Virus record (IMG/VR): IMGVR_UViG_3300018411_000016
Reading direction: 5' to 3' (one strand)
Source of the DNA: an uncultured virus (IMG/VR IMGVR_UViG_3300018411_000016)
Lineage: Duplodnaviria; Heunggongvirae; Uroviricota; Caudoviricetes
DNA: 64,000 nt
The notes beneath the pieces were generated by a model that saw only the letters and a list, made by a program, of their open reading frames with translations, did not search any database and had not been told where the DNA came from. The position numbers and the translations under genes are program-made. Within the stretch, counting starts at the first letter, position 1, and every line of letters starts with the position of its first letter. This document shows, piece after piece, positions 10,321-20,059 of this stretch.

Positions 10321-10405
10321 TAAATTAAAAGAATTTTCAAAAAAACTATTGACAAATAACACTAGAGGGGTTATACTATCAATATAAGCAAAACAAATTA
10401 AACAA
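10321..10405 (+). promoter_or_regulatory. sigma-A promoter of mazF-recombinase unit with flanking AAATTAAA boxes
   Basis: TTGACA 10349-10354, TATACT 10372-10377; boxes at 10321 and 10395. Confidence 0.8.
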
Positions 10406-10460
10406 CAAAGCAAATACAAATGATAAAGAGTATTAAAAATAATAGTGGGAGGATAAGAGC

Positions 10461-10853
10461 ATGAATAATATCAGAACAGAAAATAAAACAAATGCCAAAA
10501 AATCATTAGAAATTGTGCGTGGAGATGTAGTAAGGGTTAATCTAGGAAGTAATGTTGGCTCAGAACAAAATGGGATAAGACCTTGTATTGTTTTAAGTGA
10601 TGATTTAAACAACATCTATAGTCCAACTATAAATATCCTTCCATTAACCAGTAAAGTAAATAGTAAAAGGAAATTACCACATCACGTAATTATTGACAAT
10701 GAGTATATAAGAATGGCAAGCATTGCACTATGTGAACAAATTGACACCGTTGATAAATCACGAATAGTTGGGAATGTCTTGTTTAAGCTAAGCAAAGATG
10801 AACTAAGAGAAGTTAGCAAGGCTGTAATAGGTCAGCTTAGGCTATTAGACTGA
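10461..10853 (+). CDS. mazF: PemK/MazF-family endoribonuclease
   Basis: RGDVVRVNLG..VGSEQNGIRPCIVLS..PLTSK..LCEQIDTVDKSRI. Confidence 0.9.
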   Translation: MNNIRTENKTNAKKSLEIVRGDVVRVNLGSNVGSEQNGIRPCIVLSDDLNNIYSPTINILPLTSKVNSKRKLPHHVIIDNEYIRMASIALCEQIDTVDKSRIVGNVLFKLSKDELREVSKAVIGQLRLLD

Positions 10854-10883
10854 AAACAGATTAAACAAACAGGAGATGAGAAC

Positions 10884-11810
10884 ATGACTGACAATGATAG
10901 AGAACTTGTAACAGAATTTTTAATGACACTAAGCAATGCGGAAGAGTCCAGTAGAAAGCAGTATATGAGTATCTTTACTATCTTTAGCGGTTATATTAAA
11001 GATAAGGAATTTACACAGGTTACTATTTCAGACGTGAATAGATATTTTGACGAAAGAAAAGATAAAATGAATAGAACTAAGAACAAACACATTACTGTAT
11101 TAAAGAATTTCTTTGATTATCTCGAAAGGACTAAGAGAATTAATGTCAATCCAGTGCAGATAAAGCATTTTAACATCATTGAAGAAAAAGGCATAGATAA
11201 GGAAAAAATTCTCACTCTCGATGAATGCAGAGCCTTGACAGACGTATTATCAAATAATATTAAAAAATCTACAACTAAATTCCAAAAGGTATGTGCTGTA
11301 AGGGATAAGGCTTTATACCTATTAATGCTTCACAGGGGTTTTCGTGTTAATGAGTTGCTAGGTATGGAAATGAAAGAAATGAATGTTGAGAACACGACAC
11401 TTACTGTTGCAGCTAGTAAGTCAAAGAACCACTTACCAAGAACAATAGAATTACCTCTAAATCTTTGGCGAATACTGGAGGTGTATTTGAAACTAAGGTA
11501 TGAATTAGTGGCTGAAGATAGCACGATTGAATATATATTTCTGAGCAAATCAGGCAAGAAGATGAGAGAGAGTAATGTTAATAGTAAGTTAAAGGAATAT
11601 GGTGAAAAAGCAGGAATATCAGCAGATAGACTTCATTGTCATACTTTAAGGCATACAGCAGGCAGTCATCACGCAGTCAATCATCCAATACACTTAACAC
11701 AGAAGATGTTGGGACATTCTAGCATAACCACAACACAGATATACTTCCATGAGAGTGCAGCGATGATAAAAGAAATAAGTCAAAATTCTATATTAGATGA
11801 GGTATTATGA
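10884..11810 (+). CDS. tyrosine recombinase (XerC/D-like), catalytic residues intact
   Basis: GFRVNE (R), KSK (K), HTLRH (H-x-x-R), LGHS, TTQIY (Y). Confidence 0.92.
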   Translation: MTDNDRELVTEFLMTLSNAEESSRKQYMSIFTIFSGYIKDKEFTQVTISDVNRYFDERKDKMNRTKNKHITVLKNFFDYLERTKRINVNPVQIKHFNIIEEKGIDKEKILTLDECRALTDVLSNNIKKSTTKFQKVCAVRDKALYLLMLHRGFRVNELLGMEMKEMNVENTTLTVAASKSKNHLPRTIELPLNLWRILEVYLKLRYELVAEDSTIEYIFLSKSGKKMRESNVNSKLKEYGEKAGISADRLHCHTLRHTAGSHHAVNHPIHLTQKMLGHSSITTTQIYFHESAAMIKEISQNSILDEVL

Positions 11811-11834
11811 CAAATTATGTTAAAATAATTGCGA

Positions 11835-11881
11835 TAAATTAAACAAAAACATTTGCTTTTAACTTTTCGCTATGGTATACT
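11835..11881 (+). promoter_or_regulatory. promoter with upstream TAAATTAAACAA box
   Basis: TTGCTT 11853, 17 bp, extended -10 TG-N-TATACT ending 11881. Confidence 0.65.
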
Positions 11882-11986
11882 AATGATAAATAAGATTCAC
11901 CATACATATTTTTATAACTGAATAAGGAAATATGTATAAGATGAAAAATCTTATTAATTATGATTATATTATAGGAGGTAAATATT

Positions 11987-13315
11987 ATGGCAGACAAAGA
12001 ATATCTAATAGTTGCTTTAGGTTATGCAACCAACAAATTAAAAAATGAACAAAAATATCTCAAAACTTTCATCGACAATGCGATTGATTCATTAAAGGAC
12101 TACTTGCCACAAAATAGGATAAAAGGATTGTTATTAAACCAACTACCACTAGAAAATGTACCTATTGAGCAATTATACTTTATTGGTAAATATCTTAATC
12201 AACAAAGAATAATGGAAGAGAATATGAACCAATTTTTCGATAAGGATGAAATTATGAGTTTTCAAAACTATATTAAACCAGTTGAAAGATTAGAATATCC
12301 TGTTTTTGAAAATGTGACCAAAGCAAACACAAAGGAAGAGTTTACTTGTAGACTGGCTTATAAGCAGATTGTAGACATGTACGAAAGTTCTTTGTTGTCA
12401 TATAATATAAACACTCAACGAGTATCAAAAATCAGTAAGAAAGGGCATGAGACCTTTAAAATGCCTAATATAAATTGGAACAACGTTGAAGCTATCAAGA
12501 AAGAAGTTTTAAGTGGAACATTCCAATCTAATATGTTAACTCTTAATATCAGGAATACGGGCAGTGAAAGCTATGACTTTATTGACGGGAAATTAATTGT
12601 TAATACAACTATTGGTGAGACATATTTAGATGTAATAGATGGTTGGCATAGGGTTACTGGCATATATGAGGCATATAAAGTTAATCCTAACATATTAGGT
12701 GATATGATTGTTACCATTAAGAACTTAGACACGCAACAGGCACGTTTATTTATCAATCAAGAAGCAAAAGGCACGATGAATAATCAATCTGGAATAGAAT
12801 ACTATAACAGTGACAACAATATTGTAAAACTTATAAATGATATTAATGTTTATGGAAATGAAAAAAATAATGTATTATTCAACAGATTTATCACAGCTAC
12901 ACATTCCCCAGAAAATGCCGACATACCGTTTGAAATCATGGCTGAGAACTTAAATTCCGCATGGGGAGTAATTCTAAATATGGCAGATATTGAAATCCTA
13001 ATGATTATAAAAAGATATATTGTAGAATATTACAATATGTTTATGAAAAAAATAAACGAAACAAGAAAAGATGCTGAGAAGAAATATCTTATTCTTAAAG
13101 ACCCAATGTTTTTATGTGGCATTGTAATAGCAGCATCAACATCATACCAATATTCTGACTCGATTGACGAAGCTATTCTTGAGATGAATGAAATTGTAAA
13201 AAGGGTATCATTAGATGACACCCCCGACAATAGATTTGTTTACGAGGATAGAAAGAAAAAAATAAAGTATAATCAGTATCGAGATGCTTGGAAGAAAGTT
13301 GGTGACTTGAAATGA
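11987..13315 (+). CDS. DGQHR/DndB-like (ParB superfamily) protein, SPbeta YopQ-like
   Basis: LDVIDGWHRV motif; position between two recombinase-fold genes. Confidence 0.75.
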   Translation: MADKEYLIVALGYATNKLKNEQKYLKTFIDNAIDSLKDYLPQNRIKGLLLNQLPLENVPIEQLYFIGKYLNQQRIMEENMNQFFDKDEIMSFQNYIKPVERLEYPVFENVTKANTKEEFTCRLAYKQIVDMYESSLLSYNINTQRVSKISKKGHETFKMPNINWNNVEAIKKEVLSGTFQSNMLTLNIRNTGSESYDFIDGKLIVNTTIGETYLDVIDGWHRVTGIYEAYKVNPNILGDMIVTIKNLDTQQARLFINQEAKGTMNNQSGIEYYNSDNNIVKLINDINVYGNEKNNVLFNRFITATHSPENADIPFEIMAENLNSAWGVILNMADIEILMIIKRYIVEYYNMFMKKINETRKDAEKKYLILKDPMFLCGIVIAASTSYQYSDSIDEAILEMNEIVKRVSLDDTPDNRFVYEDRKKKIKYNQYRDAWKKVGDLK

Positions 13316-14328
13316 AAGATAAAACTTATAATGTAAGTAAATATTTGAATATTTTAAAAAGTACAATATTCGATTTTGAGGATGAGAAAAAGAAACAGTT
13401 TATAAATGATAACATTGATGACTTAATAAAGAGTAGTCGAACTTTTCATTTTAATTTAAGTGTATTGAAATTTATAGCGAGTAATGAAGCCATGGTTGAT
13501 TTATCACTTGATAAAATGTCATCTGGAGCAATAGATACAATGTTGCATAGTCTTTGTAGTAGTTCTATTTATAGTTTGAGTTCTTATGTAAGCGTTATGA
13601 GAAAATATTTAATGTACACATCAGACACACGTGAAAATATTGAAATTGGGTATATGTACATTATGGGTCTGAAAAGAAAAGACTTAGAAAAATTCATTGA
13701 TAAAGAGTCAGAAGTAAAGAAATACTTTACACCTGAAATCATTGATGGTTTTGTGAATATTGTGACGAATAGTGGTAATGATGAGTATGACTTTAATACA
13801 ATGACAGTTATTGTCATGCTCTGGACGGGATTAACACTAGATGAAATTAGAAATTTAAAGAAATATGAAGTAATAATTCAAGATGAGCAAGTTATCATTA
13901 AAACAAATAGACAAGAATACGTGTCAAAATATTTCGATTTGTTTTTCTTAGCATCCATGCAAACATCGTATAAGATGACGGATAAACAAGAAATTGTAGA
14001 AATACCTTATGATGAAAACTCTATATTTTTTGTTAATGCTGGTATAACAACAAGAGGAAGTAAGGGAGATACACCAATAAGCGAACCAACTATGAAGAAA
14101 AGAATTGTCAATTTGGCATATCAATTAAAAAATAAACACCTTAATGTTTCCAATATAGCTAAATCAAAAGTCACATATGATATGTTAAAATATTTTAATT
14201 TTAGTTATCCAACATATACAGAGTGTTGTAATTATGTGACGGCGAAGGAAATAAAAACGAATCCAGAACAACTGCGTAGAAGTGCATTGATATTATTGAA
14301 TAAGTTAGAAGAAGAAAAGAATAGATAA
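13312..14328 (+). CDS. catalytically inactive tyrosine-recombinase-fold protein; probable master repressor (YopR/MrpR-like)
   Basis: LWTGLTLDEIRNLK box-I-like motif lacking Arg; no HxxR; ATGA-coupled to DGQHR gene. Confidence 0.7.
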   Translation: MKDKTYNVSKYLNILKSTIFDFEDEKKKQFINDNIDDLIKSSRTFHFNLSVLKFIASNEAMVDLSLDKMSSGAIDTMLHSLCSSSIYSLSSYVSVMRKYLMYTSDTRENIEIGYMYIMGLKRKDLEKFIDKESEVKKYFTPEIIDGFVNIVTNSGNDEYDFNTMTVIVMLWTGLTLDEIRNLKKYEVIIQDEQVIIKTNRQEYVSKYFDLFFLASMQTSYKMTDKQEIVEIPYDENSIFFVNAGITTRGSKGDTPISEPTMKKRIVNLAYQLKNKHLNVSNIAKSKVTYDMLKYFNFSYPTYTECCNYVTAKEIKTNPEQLRRSALILLNKLEEEKNR

Positions 14329-14335
14329 GTAATGA

Positions 14336-14368
14336 TGTAGCGGAATGTTGTATAGTTCCGCTATTTTT
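14336..14368 (+). terminator. rho-independent terminator
   Basis: TAGCGGAA...TTCCGCTA followed by TTTTT. Confidence 0.75.
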
Positions 14369-14383
14369 ATTAAATAGTCAAAA

Positions 14384-14493
14384 TAAATTAAATGAATTTT
14401 ATAAAAAGTGTTGACAAACAGAAGTGATAAGAATATAATAGCAGATAAGTAAGGGAAAGGAGCAAGCAAATACATAGAAAATAAATTAAACAA
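14384..14493 (+). promoter_or_regulatory. sigma-A promoter with flanking boxes
   Basis: TTGACA 14411, TATAAT 14434; boxes at 14384 and 14482. Confidence 0.85.
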
Positions 14494-14497
14494 ATAA

Positions 14498-14515
14498 CTA
14501 AAATGTGCATTTTAC
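14498..14515. repeat. core site CTAAAA-TGTGCA-TTTTAC, first site after the promoter
   Basis: one mismatch to consensus. Confidence 0.8.
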
Positions 14516-14528
14516 TGGGAGGCAAATA

Positions 14529-14780
14529 ATGATTGAAAATTTGGAAATGTGGTCATCCATATTAAAACAGAACAAGAGATTAAATGTTCCAAACAGTTTT
14601 ATACAGCGATGGGAAGATAGTCAGTGGTTACTCATATCAATGATGTATAAGTTAGACGGAACTTATATTTTTGAATTGGTTGAATTTGATGAAGAAATGT
14701 ATCCTAGCACTGGAATTTTTAAAATTGCTGTTTCAGAAAAGGAATTAGAGGACAACTTTTATGAGTACAAGAGGAGATAA
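14529..14780 (+). CDS. hypothetical protein
   Basis: GGGAGG RBS before ATG 14529. Confidence 0.65.
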   Translation: MIENLEMWSSILKQNKRLNVPNSFIQRWEDSQWLLISMMYKLDGTYIFELVEFDEEMYPSTGIFKIAVSEKELEDNFYEYKRR

Positions 14781-14784
14781 TAAT

Positions 14785-15102
14785 ATGAGCATTAAGGAAT
14801 ACATAGAAAAATTCAGTATTTCAGAAATAGTAAATAATATGAATGAACAAAGAAAGACCACTGATTCAAGCATAGTTTTTTCTAATGGTTGGTGTGCCAG
14901 CATTATTGATAAAACAAAACAACATTGGGCAGACCAAAAATTAAGATATTCAGTTGCAGTATGTGATTGGGATGGATATTTTAATTGGAATATATTAAAA
15001 CAATTTGGTGCAAACGAACATGGCACTTACTTGTGTGATACAGAAGACGAAGTTTGTGAGATGCTAGAGAACATTAGAAATTTAAAAAATATTAGGAGAT
15101 GA
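14785..15102 (+). CDS. hypothetical protein
   Basis: GAGGAG RBS. Confidence 0.65.
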   Translation: MSIKEYIEKFSISEIVNNMNEQRKTTDSSIVFSNGWCASIIDKTKQHWADQKLRYSVAVCDWDGYFNWNILKQFGANEHGTYLCDTEDEVCEMLENIRNLKNIRR

Positions 15103-15116
15103 AAGGAGAGTTGAAA

Positions 15117-15542
15117 ATGACAGTAGATACAATTGAGAAAATCAATAGCACCTTATCTCCGCTTGAATCATTAATTGGAACACAAAACCTTGAAGATGTG
15201 CGTAAATTTGATGGTGAAGAAAATTGGATAGATGCTTCTGATTTACTATATCAAATTCTTAATGGTAAATTCACCCTTATAAAATTACCACCACAGCCAA
15301 TAAAAGTATCTAAAGAAGATAAAATTGTTATTGATTATTATAAATTATGCGGATATAAATGGCTTGTAAAAGACAAAGATGGTGAAGTACGTGCTTATAT
15401 TGATAAGCCAGAAAAATCAGATGTTTCGTGGTATACATCTGATAAATGGGAAGATGATATGGCGTTGTATGATGTTAAGTGTGTAAGTTGGGAAGACAAA
15501 GAACCATTTTCATTAAATAGAGAATTTGAGGTAGTGGAATAA
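15117..15542 (+). CDS. hypothetical phage protein
   Basis: AAGGAG RBS; YKWLVKDKDG..Y..KP motif. Confidence 0.65.
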   Translation: MTVDTIEKINSTLSPLESLIGTQNLEDVRKFDGEENWIDASDLLYQILNGKFTLIKLPPQPIKVSKEDKIVIDYYKLCGYKWLVKDKDGEVRAYIDKPEKSDVSWYTSDKWEDDMALYDVKCVSWEDKEPFSLNREFEVVE

Positions 15543-15629
15543 TATTAAATAGTGGTAAAAGATTATTGCTGGTTACAGGATAAAACAATGCCAGTAAATC
15601 ATTTATTTTACATACTTTAGGAGGAAAAT

Positions 15630-16001
15630 ATGTGTTCAACTGAGAAGATTGAAGAAGTTTTGAAAGTAATTGTTAAAGAAATAATTGAATTCGCAAACAA
15701 TAATGAACTTAAATTAGGTGATATTGTTGCTTTTATAAGTGAAGAAAGTTTACACGAGGACAAATTCGATTTTAGTCGTGATAGTATTGAATGCAGATAT
15801 GGATATAAAGACACTCTGGATTATCGAGAAGAAGAATTAAAATACGAAAATATATTATCCTTTAGAGATAAAATACATGATAATTACAACATTTTTATTT
15901 ATTTTGACTTCGGAGTTTATGAAGAAGAAGATTCTTGTATATCAGGTTATGGATTGCATATTTGTAAGAAGATTGAATTAGAGGATTGCGATAAAAAATG
16001 A
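15630..16001 (+). CDS. hypothetical protein
   Basis: AGGAGG RBS; core site 15594-15611 upstream. Confidence 0.65.
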   Translation: MCSTEKIEEVLKVIVKEIIEFANNNELKLGDIVAFISEESLHEDKFDFSRDSIECRYGYKDTLDYREEELKYENILSFRDKIHDNYNIFIYFDFGVYEEEDSCISGYGLHICKKIELEDCDKK

Positions 16002-16071
16002 AAATAGAATTTAAAAGGTTAAAGAGTAGAAATCCACTAAGTCTTTAGCTTAGTGGATGAATATATAATAT

Positions 16072-16470
16072 ATGAGTAACTATAAAAGTAAAAATCATAG
16101 TAAATACAACATAAAATATCATCTAATATTTGTATGTAAATATCGCAAGAAACTTCTAATAAAATATGGAGAAGAAATGAAACAAATAATGAGAGACATA
16201 TCATATAGATATGACTTTGATATTTTAGAAATAGAAGTAGATAAAGACCACATACATATGATGATTGATAGTGAGCCAAAACTATCTCCACTTATGATAG
16301 TTAGAGTTCTAAAACAGCAATCTACTCAAATAATATATGGTCGACATAAAAATGAATTAAAGAAATTATTCTGGAAAGAAAATACATTTTGGACTGACGG
16401 ATATTTCTGTTCAAGTATTGGTGAAGTTAGTAGTGAGATATTAAAAAAATACATAGAAAATCAAGGCTGA
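16072..16470 (+). CDS. tnpA: Y1 HUH transposase
   Basis: YHLIFVCKYR, DHIHM (HUH), FWTDGYF, KYIENQ. Confidence 0.95.
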   Translation: MSNYKSKNHSKYNIKYHLIFVCKYRKKLLIKYGEEMKQIMRDISYRYDFDILEIEVDKDHIHMMIDSEPKLSPLMIVRVLKQQSTQIIYGRHKNELKKLFWKENTFWTDGYFCSSIGEVSSEILKKYIENQG

Positions 16471-16607
16471 TTACTAATATATTTATTAATGATGGTGAGA
16501 ATTAAATTGTTTACACTCCTATTATCTTCCTTCGCTAATTTTTCAAGTTTTTCTTTTGTTTCTTTTGACATAGTAACAAGTACTCTGGTATTGTTTTTGG
16601 ATATCAT
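16461..16607 (-). CDS. ribbon-helix-helix (Arc/CopG-like) protein, 48 aa, not in track
   Basis: GAGGTG RBS; MISKNNTRVLVTMSKETKEKLEKLAKEDNRSVNNLILTIINKYISNQP. Confidence 0.8.
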   Translation of the reverse strand: MISKNNTRVLVTMSKETKEKLEKLAKEDNRSVNNLILTIINKYISNQP

Positions 16608-16647
16608 AAAATCACCTCTAAAAGTATTATATCAGATAAAATTTTAT

Positions 16648-16676
16648 TTGACAAGGTGATATCACTATGATATAAT
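16648..16676 (+). promoter_or_regulatory. tnpB promoter containing palindrome GTGATATCAC
   Basis: TTGACA-17-TATAAT; palindrome 16656-16665 in the spacer. Confidence 0.75.
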
Positions 16677-16703
16677 TATTTTTTAGAAAGGAGATGATTA
16701 TAA

Positions 16704-17807
16704 ATGTTAATTGCATATAACTATAGAATTTATCCACATAAAGAACAACAAATATATTTTAGTAAAACATTTGGTTGCGTACGATTCATTTATAATCGGA
16801 TGCTTTCAGATAAAATTGATTATTATAATGAGACAAAACAGAAACTCAATAATACACCTGCTCAATATAAGAAAGAATTTGAATGGTTAAAAGAAGTAGA
16901 TTCACTTGCTTTGGCAAATGCACAGATGAACTTACAAACTGCCTATAATAATTTTTTCAAACGACTAGAAATAGGTTTTCCTAAATTCAAAAGTAAGAAG
17001 AACAATCATTTTTCTTATACTACAAATAATCAAGGTGGGAATATTTATGTTTCAGATAGATACATTAAACTTCCTAAGATTGGATTAATAAGAATTAAGA
17101 AACATAGAAATTTTGATGGATTAATTAAATCAGTTACAGTTTCAAAAAATCCATCTGGTAAATATTTTGTATCTATTTTGGTTGAGCAAGAAGAAAAAGA
17201 AAAACTTCAATATAGCCAAAATGTAGTTGGAATTGACTTAGGTATTAAAGAATTTGCAATAACTTCTGACGGAGAAATGATTGAAAATCCAAAATTTCTT
17301 AGAAAATCAGAAAAGAAACTTAGAAAACTTCAAAGAGAATTATCAAGAAAAAGAATTGGTAGTTCTAATAGAAATAAATGCAGAATTAAAGTTGCAAAAC
17401 AACACGAAAAAATTGCTAATCAAAGAAAAGATTTCTTAAATAAATTGTCAAAAAGGCTAATCGACGAAAATCAAGTAATAGCTTTAGAGACGTTGAAAGT
17501 AAAAAATATGATTAAGAATCATAAACTCGCTAAAAGTATAGCAGATGTATCGTGGTCTGAATTTGTAAGACAGTTGGAATATAAAGCTAATTGGTACGGA
17601 CGAGAAATTGTTAGAATAAACACATGGTATCCATCAAGCCAGATATGTTCAGTTTGTGGCTATAAAGATGGAAAGAAATCATTATCTGTTAGAGAATGGA
17701 CTTGTCCAGAATGCGGCACTCATCACGAAAGAGATATAAATGCAGCTATAAATATACTCAACGAAGGTTTGAGAAAAAGAACCGTAGGAATTACGGAAAT
17801 AGCCTAG
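16704..17807 (+). CDS. tnpB: RNA-guided endonuclease TnpB
   Basis: N-terminal HTH; RuvC D (GIDLG), E (IALETL), D (RDINAA); CSVC/CPEC zinc finger. Confidence 0.95.
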   Translation: MLIAYNYRIYPHKEQQIYFSKTFGCVRFIYNRMLSDKIDYYNETKQKLNNTPAQYKKEFEWLKEVDSLALANAQMNLQTAYNNFFKRLEIGFPKFKSKKNNHFSYTTNNQGGNIYVSDRYIKLPKIGLIRIKKHRNFDGLIKSVTVSKNPSGKYFVSILVEQEEKEKLQYSQNVVGIDLGIKEFAITSDGEMIENPKFLRKSEKKLRKLQRELSRKRIGSSNRNKCRIKVAKQHEKIANQRKDFLNKLSKRLIDENQVIALETLKVKNMIKNHKLAKSIADVSWSEFVRQLEYKANWYGREIVRINTWYPSSQICSVCGYKDGKKSLSVREWTCPECGTHHERDINAAINILNEGLRKRTVGITEIA

Positions 17808-18036
17808 GTAAACTTGTCTCATTAGAGATATTGACTAGGAAGCCACGAAGTCTTTAGCTTCGTTGGCGGTTCACGAATGGTTCTAGTATACAAAGTATTG
17901 ATGTTGGATTGGACAATAAACGAGGTAGACGAGCATTTTTAGGAATGTATGATATTAAGCTACATTGGTATCAGAGATTATGGTTGAGAATTTATTGTAC
18001 TTGGTATGAATTATTACAGAAAGTAGGACTGAGAAG

Positions 18037-18513
18037 ATGAAAATTAGTGTAACTGGACATAGACCAAACAAAATGTATGGATACAACTTACAAGATAAAC
18101 GATGGATTGATTTAAAAGAAAAGTTTAAAACACTATTAAGAGATAACAACTGTGACGAGGCTATTAGTGGAATGGCATTAGGTGTTGATACAGTATTTGC
18201 GTTGGCAGTTCTGGAATTAAAAGAAGAAGGACTCCCAATTAAGTTACATTGTGCTATACCTTGTAAAAATCATTCTTGTAAGTGGATTAAAGAAAGTATT
18301 GATTTATATAACAAAATTCTAGTAAAAGCAGATATTGTAAAAATAGTTACTGATGCAGAATATAATCCTTGGCTCATGCAAAAACGAAATGAGTACATGG
18401 TTGATTTGGCAGATAAAGTTATAGCCGTATGGGACGGTACTAAAGGTGGAACTGGAAACTGTGTGGTATATGCCAACAAAAAAGCCAAAGAGATTATTAG
18501 AATATTACCGTAA
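18037..18513 (+). CDS. SLOG/YspA (DUF1273)-family protein
   Basis: VTGHRP, ISGMALGVD, RNEYMVD, WDG..GGT. Confidence 0.85.
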   Translation: MKISVTGHRPNKMYGYNLQDKRWIDLKEKFKTLLRDNNCDEAISGMALGVDTVFALAVLELKEEGLPIKLHCAIPCKNHSCKWIKESIDLYNKILVKADIVKIVTDAEYNPWLMQKRNEYMVDLADKVIAVWDGTKGGTGNCVVYANKKAKEIIRILP

Positions 18514-18583
18514 ATTTGGTGTTTTATAATCAGTTGAACTAAATGATAAACAAACTTTATATCAAATAGAAGGAGAAAAGCAT

Positions 18584-18913
18584 ATGTTAAATATCAAAAA
18601 TTTCATTAAAGCGGTAGGAGAAAATAATAAAGTACATGGTTTCAGGGATATTAATACTAAGTCAACTGATTTTATTGCATTGATACATAGTGAGGTATCT
18701 GAAATATTAGAGGAATTTAGAAAAGGTAAACAACCAACGGAAACGTATTACAGAGAAGATGGAAAGCCAGAAGGAGTACCTTTAGAACTAGCAGACGTTG
18801 TTATTAGATGTTTTGATATGGCTGATTATTATGGAATTGATTTAGAATCTTCAATATTAGAAAAACATGAATTTAATAAATCGAGACCATTCAAACACGG
18901 AAAAGAATTTTAA
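18584..18913 (+). CDS. MazG-like nucleotide pyrophosphohydrolase
   Basis: LIHSEVSEILEE...ELADVVIR...K...N..R. Confidence 0.85.
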   Translation: MLNIKNFIKAVGENNKVHGFRDINTKSTDFIALIHSEVSEILEEFRKGKQPTETYYREDGKPEGVPLELADVVIRCFDMADYYGIDLESSILEKHEFNKSRPFKHGKEF

Positions 18914-18955
18914 TATGTTCAAATACTTATTTCATCTTAATAGAAAGGAGTTAAA

Positions 18956-19156
18956 ATGGATAAATTATATGGAAAAAGGGAAGATGGTTCTCATTTCCCT
19001 ACAACTCTTCATAAAGAATTAGGAAGAAAAGCAGACGAAATTATTGAAAAATTGTTTAATGAATTGTTAAAAGATGTAGATATTGTTGAAGCTAAATACA
19101 TTATAGATTATAGTGTCATGGATGCAGTGTTAGATAAATTACTTGATTTAAAATAA
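18956..19156 (+). CDS. hypothetical protein
   Basis: AAGGAG RBS; between core sites. Confidence 0.6.
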   Translation: MDKLYGKREDGSHFPTTLHKELGRKADEIIEKLFNELLKDVDIVEAKYIIDYSVMDAVLDKLLDLK

Positions 19157-19196
19157 AATAAAATGCTGATTTTAGAAGGATAAAAGGAGGATTCGG

Positions 19197-19589
19197 ATGG
19201 ATAGACAATATGAATTTGTAAGAATGTATTACAACTGGATAAGAAAGTGTCTTATTGAAGATAAAAAATATGAAGTTTTAGCATTTTTTACTTTAGGGTG
19301 CGATATATGCGTAAGACAGCAAGACTTAATAAATATAACATGGGAACAAGTAAATTATCCATATATCTATAATATCCAAATCAAGAAATATTCATCAATA
19401 GATAATCCAAAATATTATGACTCAAAAGAAATTAGTGAGAATACATATTTTACAATTATTAATGGCTGTACGAAATCTAATAATAGCGAAAGATTATTCA
19501 AACATAATTTACAATGGTATATCGAAGAAATTCGCAATTCCTGTGGAGATAAAATGTTTAATGGACACTTAATGAGAAACATGGAGTAG
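19197..19589 (+). CDS. short or truncated tyrosine-recombinase catalytic-domain-like protein
   Basis: CVRQQDLINITW (box I-like), GHLMR (HxxR); ends before the Tyr region. Confidence 0.55.
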   Translation: MDRQYEFVRMYYNWIRKCLIEDKKYEVLAFFTLGCDICVRQQDLINITWEQVNYPYIYNIQIKKYSSIDNPKYYDSKEISENTYFTIINGCTKSNNSERLFKHNLQWYIEEIRNSCGDKMFNGHLMRNME

Positions 19590-19628
19590 TATATAAATTA
19601 TGGAACTTAAGGAAAGGGAGGGATAAAA

Positions 19629-19994
19629 ATATATCAATATGAAGAAATTGAGTTTGAAATTTTAATAAGAGATAATAAAAAATTTAATGGATATACTTCA
19701 ATTTCTCTTAATAAAATTCAGCAAATATTAGGAAGTGGTGCAAACTATGGCATGTTCTATATAGTTTGTGGTGCAGGAATACCTATACATTTAATTTTAG
19801 CAATAATAGAGAGTGTTATATTTGGTTATAACAAAAATATATTTGAGTTTATTTTGTTTGGACTTTGGATACCTATTGGATTAATTTTAGAGTATTATTG
19901 CTGCGTTCAAAGAGACAATGTAAGATACAATGAATTGTTAGAAAAAAGTCGTCAGATGAATTTATTTAGAGATTTTGATATTAAGTTAATATAA
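19629..19994 (+). CDS. membrane protein, probable ATA start
   Basis: GGGAGG RBS then in-frame ATA 19629; two hydrophobic segments. Confidence 0.55.
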   Translation: MYQYEEIEFEILIRDNKKFNGYTSISLNKIQQILGSGANYGMFYIVCGAGIPIHLILAIIESVIFGYNKNIFEFILFGLWIPIGLILEYYCCVQRDNVRYNELLEKSRQMNLFRDFDIKLI

Positions 19995-20000
19995 TAGGTA

Positions 20001-20018
20001 GTAAAAGTGAGTTTTTAC
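20001..20018. repeat. core site GTAAAA-GTGAGT-TTTTAC
   Basis: perfect consensus, intergenic. Confidence 0.85.
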
Positions 20019-20059
20019 ACGAAAATAAATTAAATAAATGATTGAGAAAGGGAGATAAT

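Larger units (their letters stand above)
16015..17874 (+). mobile_element. IS200/IS605-family element (tnpA, antisense RHH gene, tnpB)
   Basis: LE hairpin ATCCACTAAG-TCTTTAG-CTTAGTGGAT 16032-16058; RE hairpin 17842-17867 ending GGTTCAC; inserted 3' of TTTAA. Confidence 0.9.
15998..18040 (+). pseudogene. 60-aa ORF split by the IS (15998-16014 + 17875-18040)
   Basis: joining the flanks restores MKIEFKNGSSIQSIDV...KVGLRR* with ATGA overlaps to both neighbours. Confidence 0.75.

Noticed and set aside
10884..11810. Prophage integrase marking an att boundary
   Set aside because: It is internal to phage genes on both sides, and no host genes or att duplication are visible in the window.
11987..13315. 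Dnd phosphorothioation system suggested by the DGQHR-like motif
   Set aside because: No dndA/C/D/E present; context fits a YopQ-like regulator.
15998..17942. Degenerate core-site look-alikes at 15998-16015 and 17925-17942
   Set aside because: Both fall within the reconstructed IS-split ORF and match poorly; not counted.
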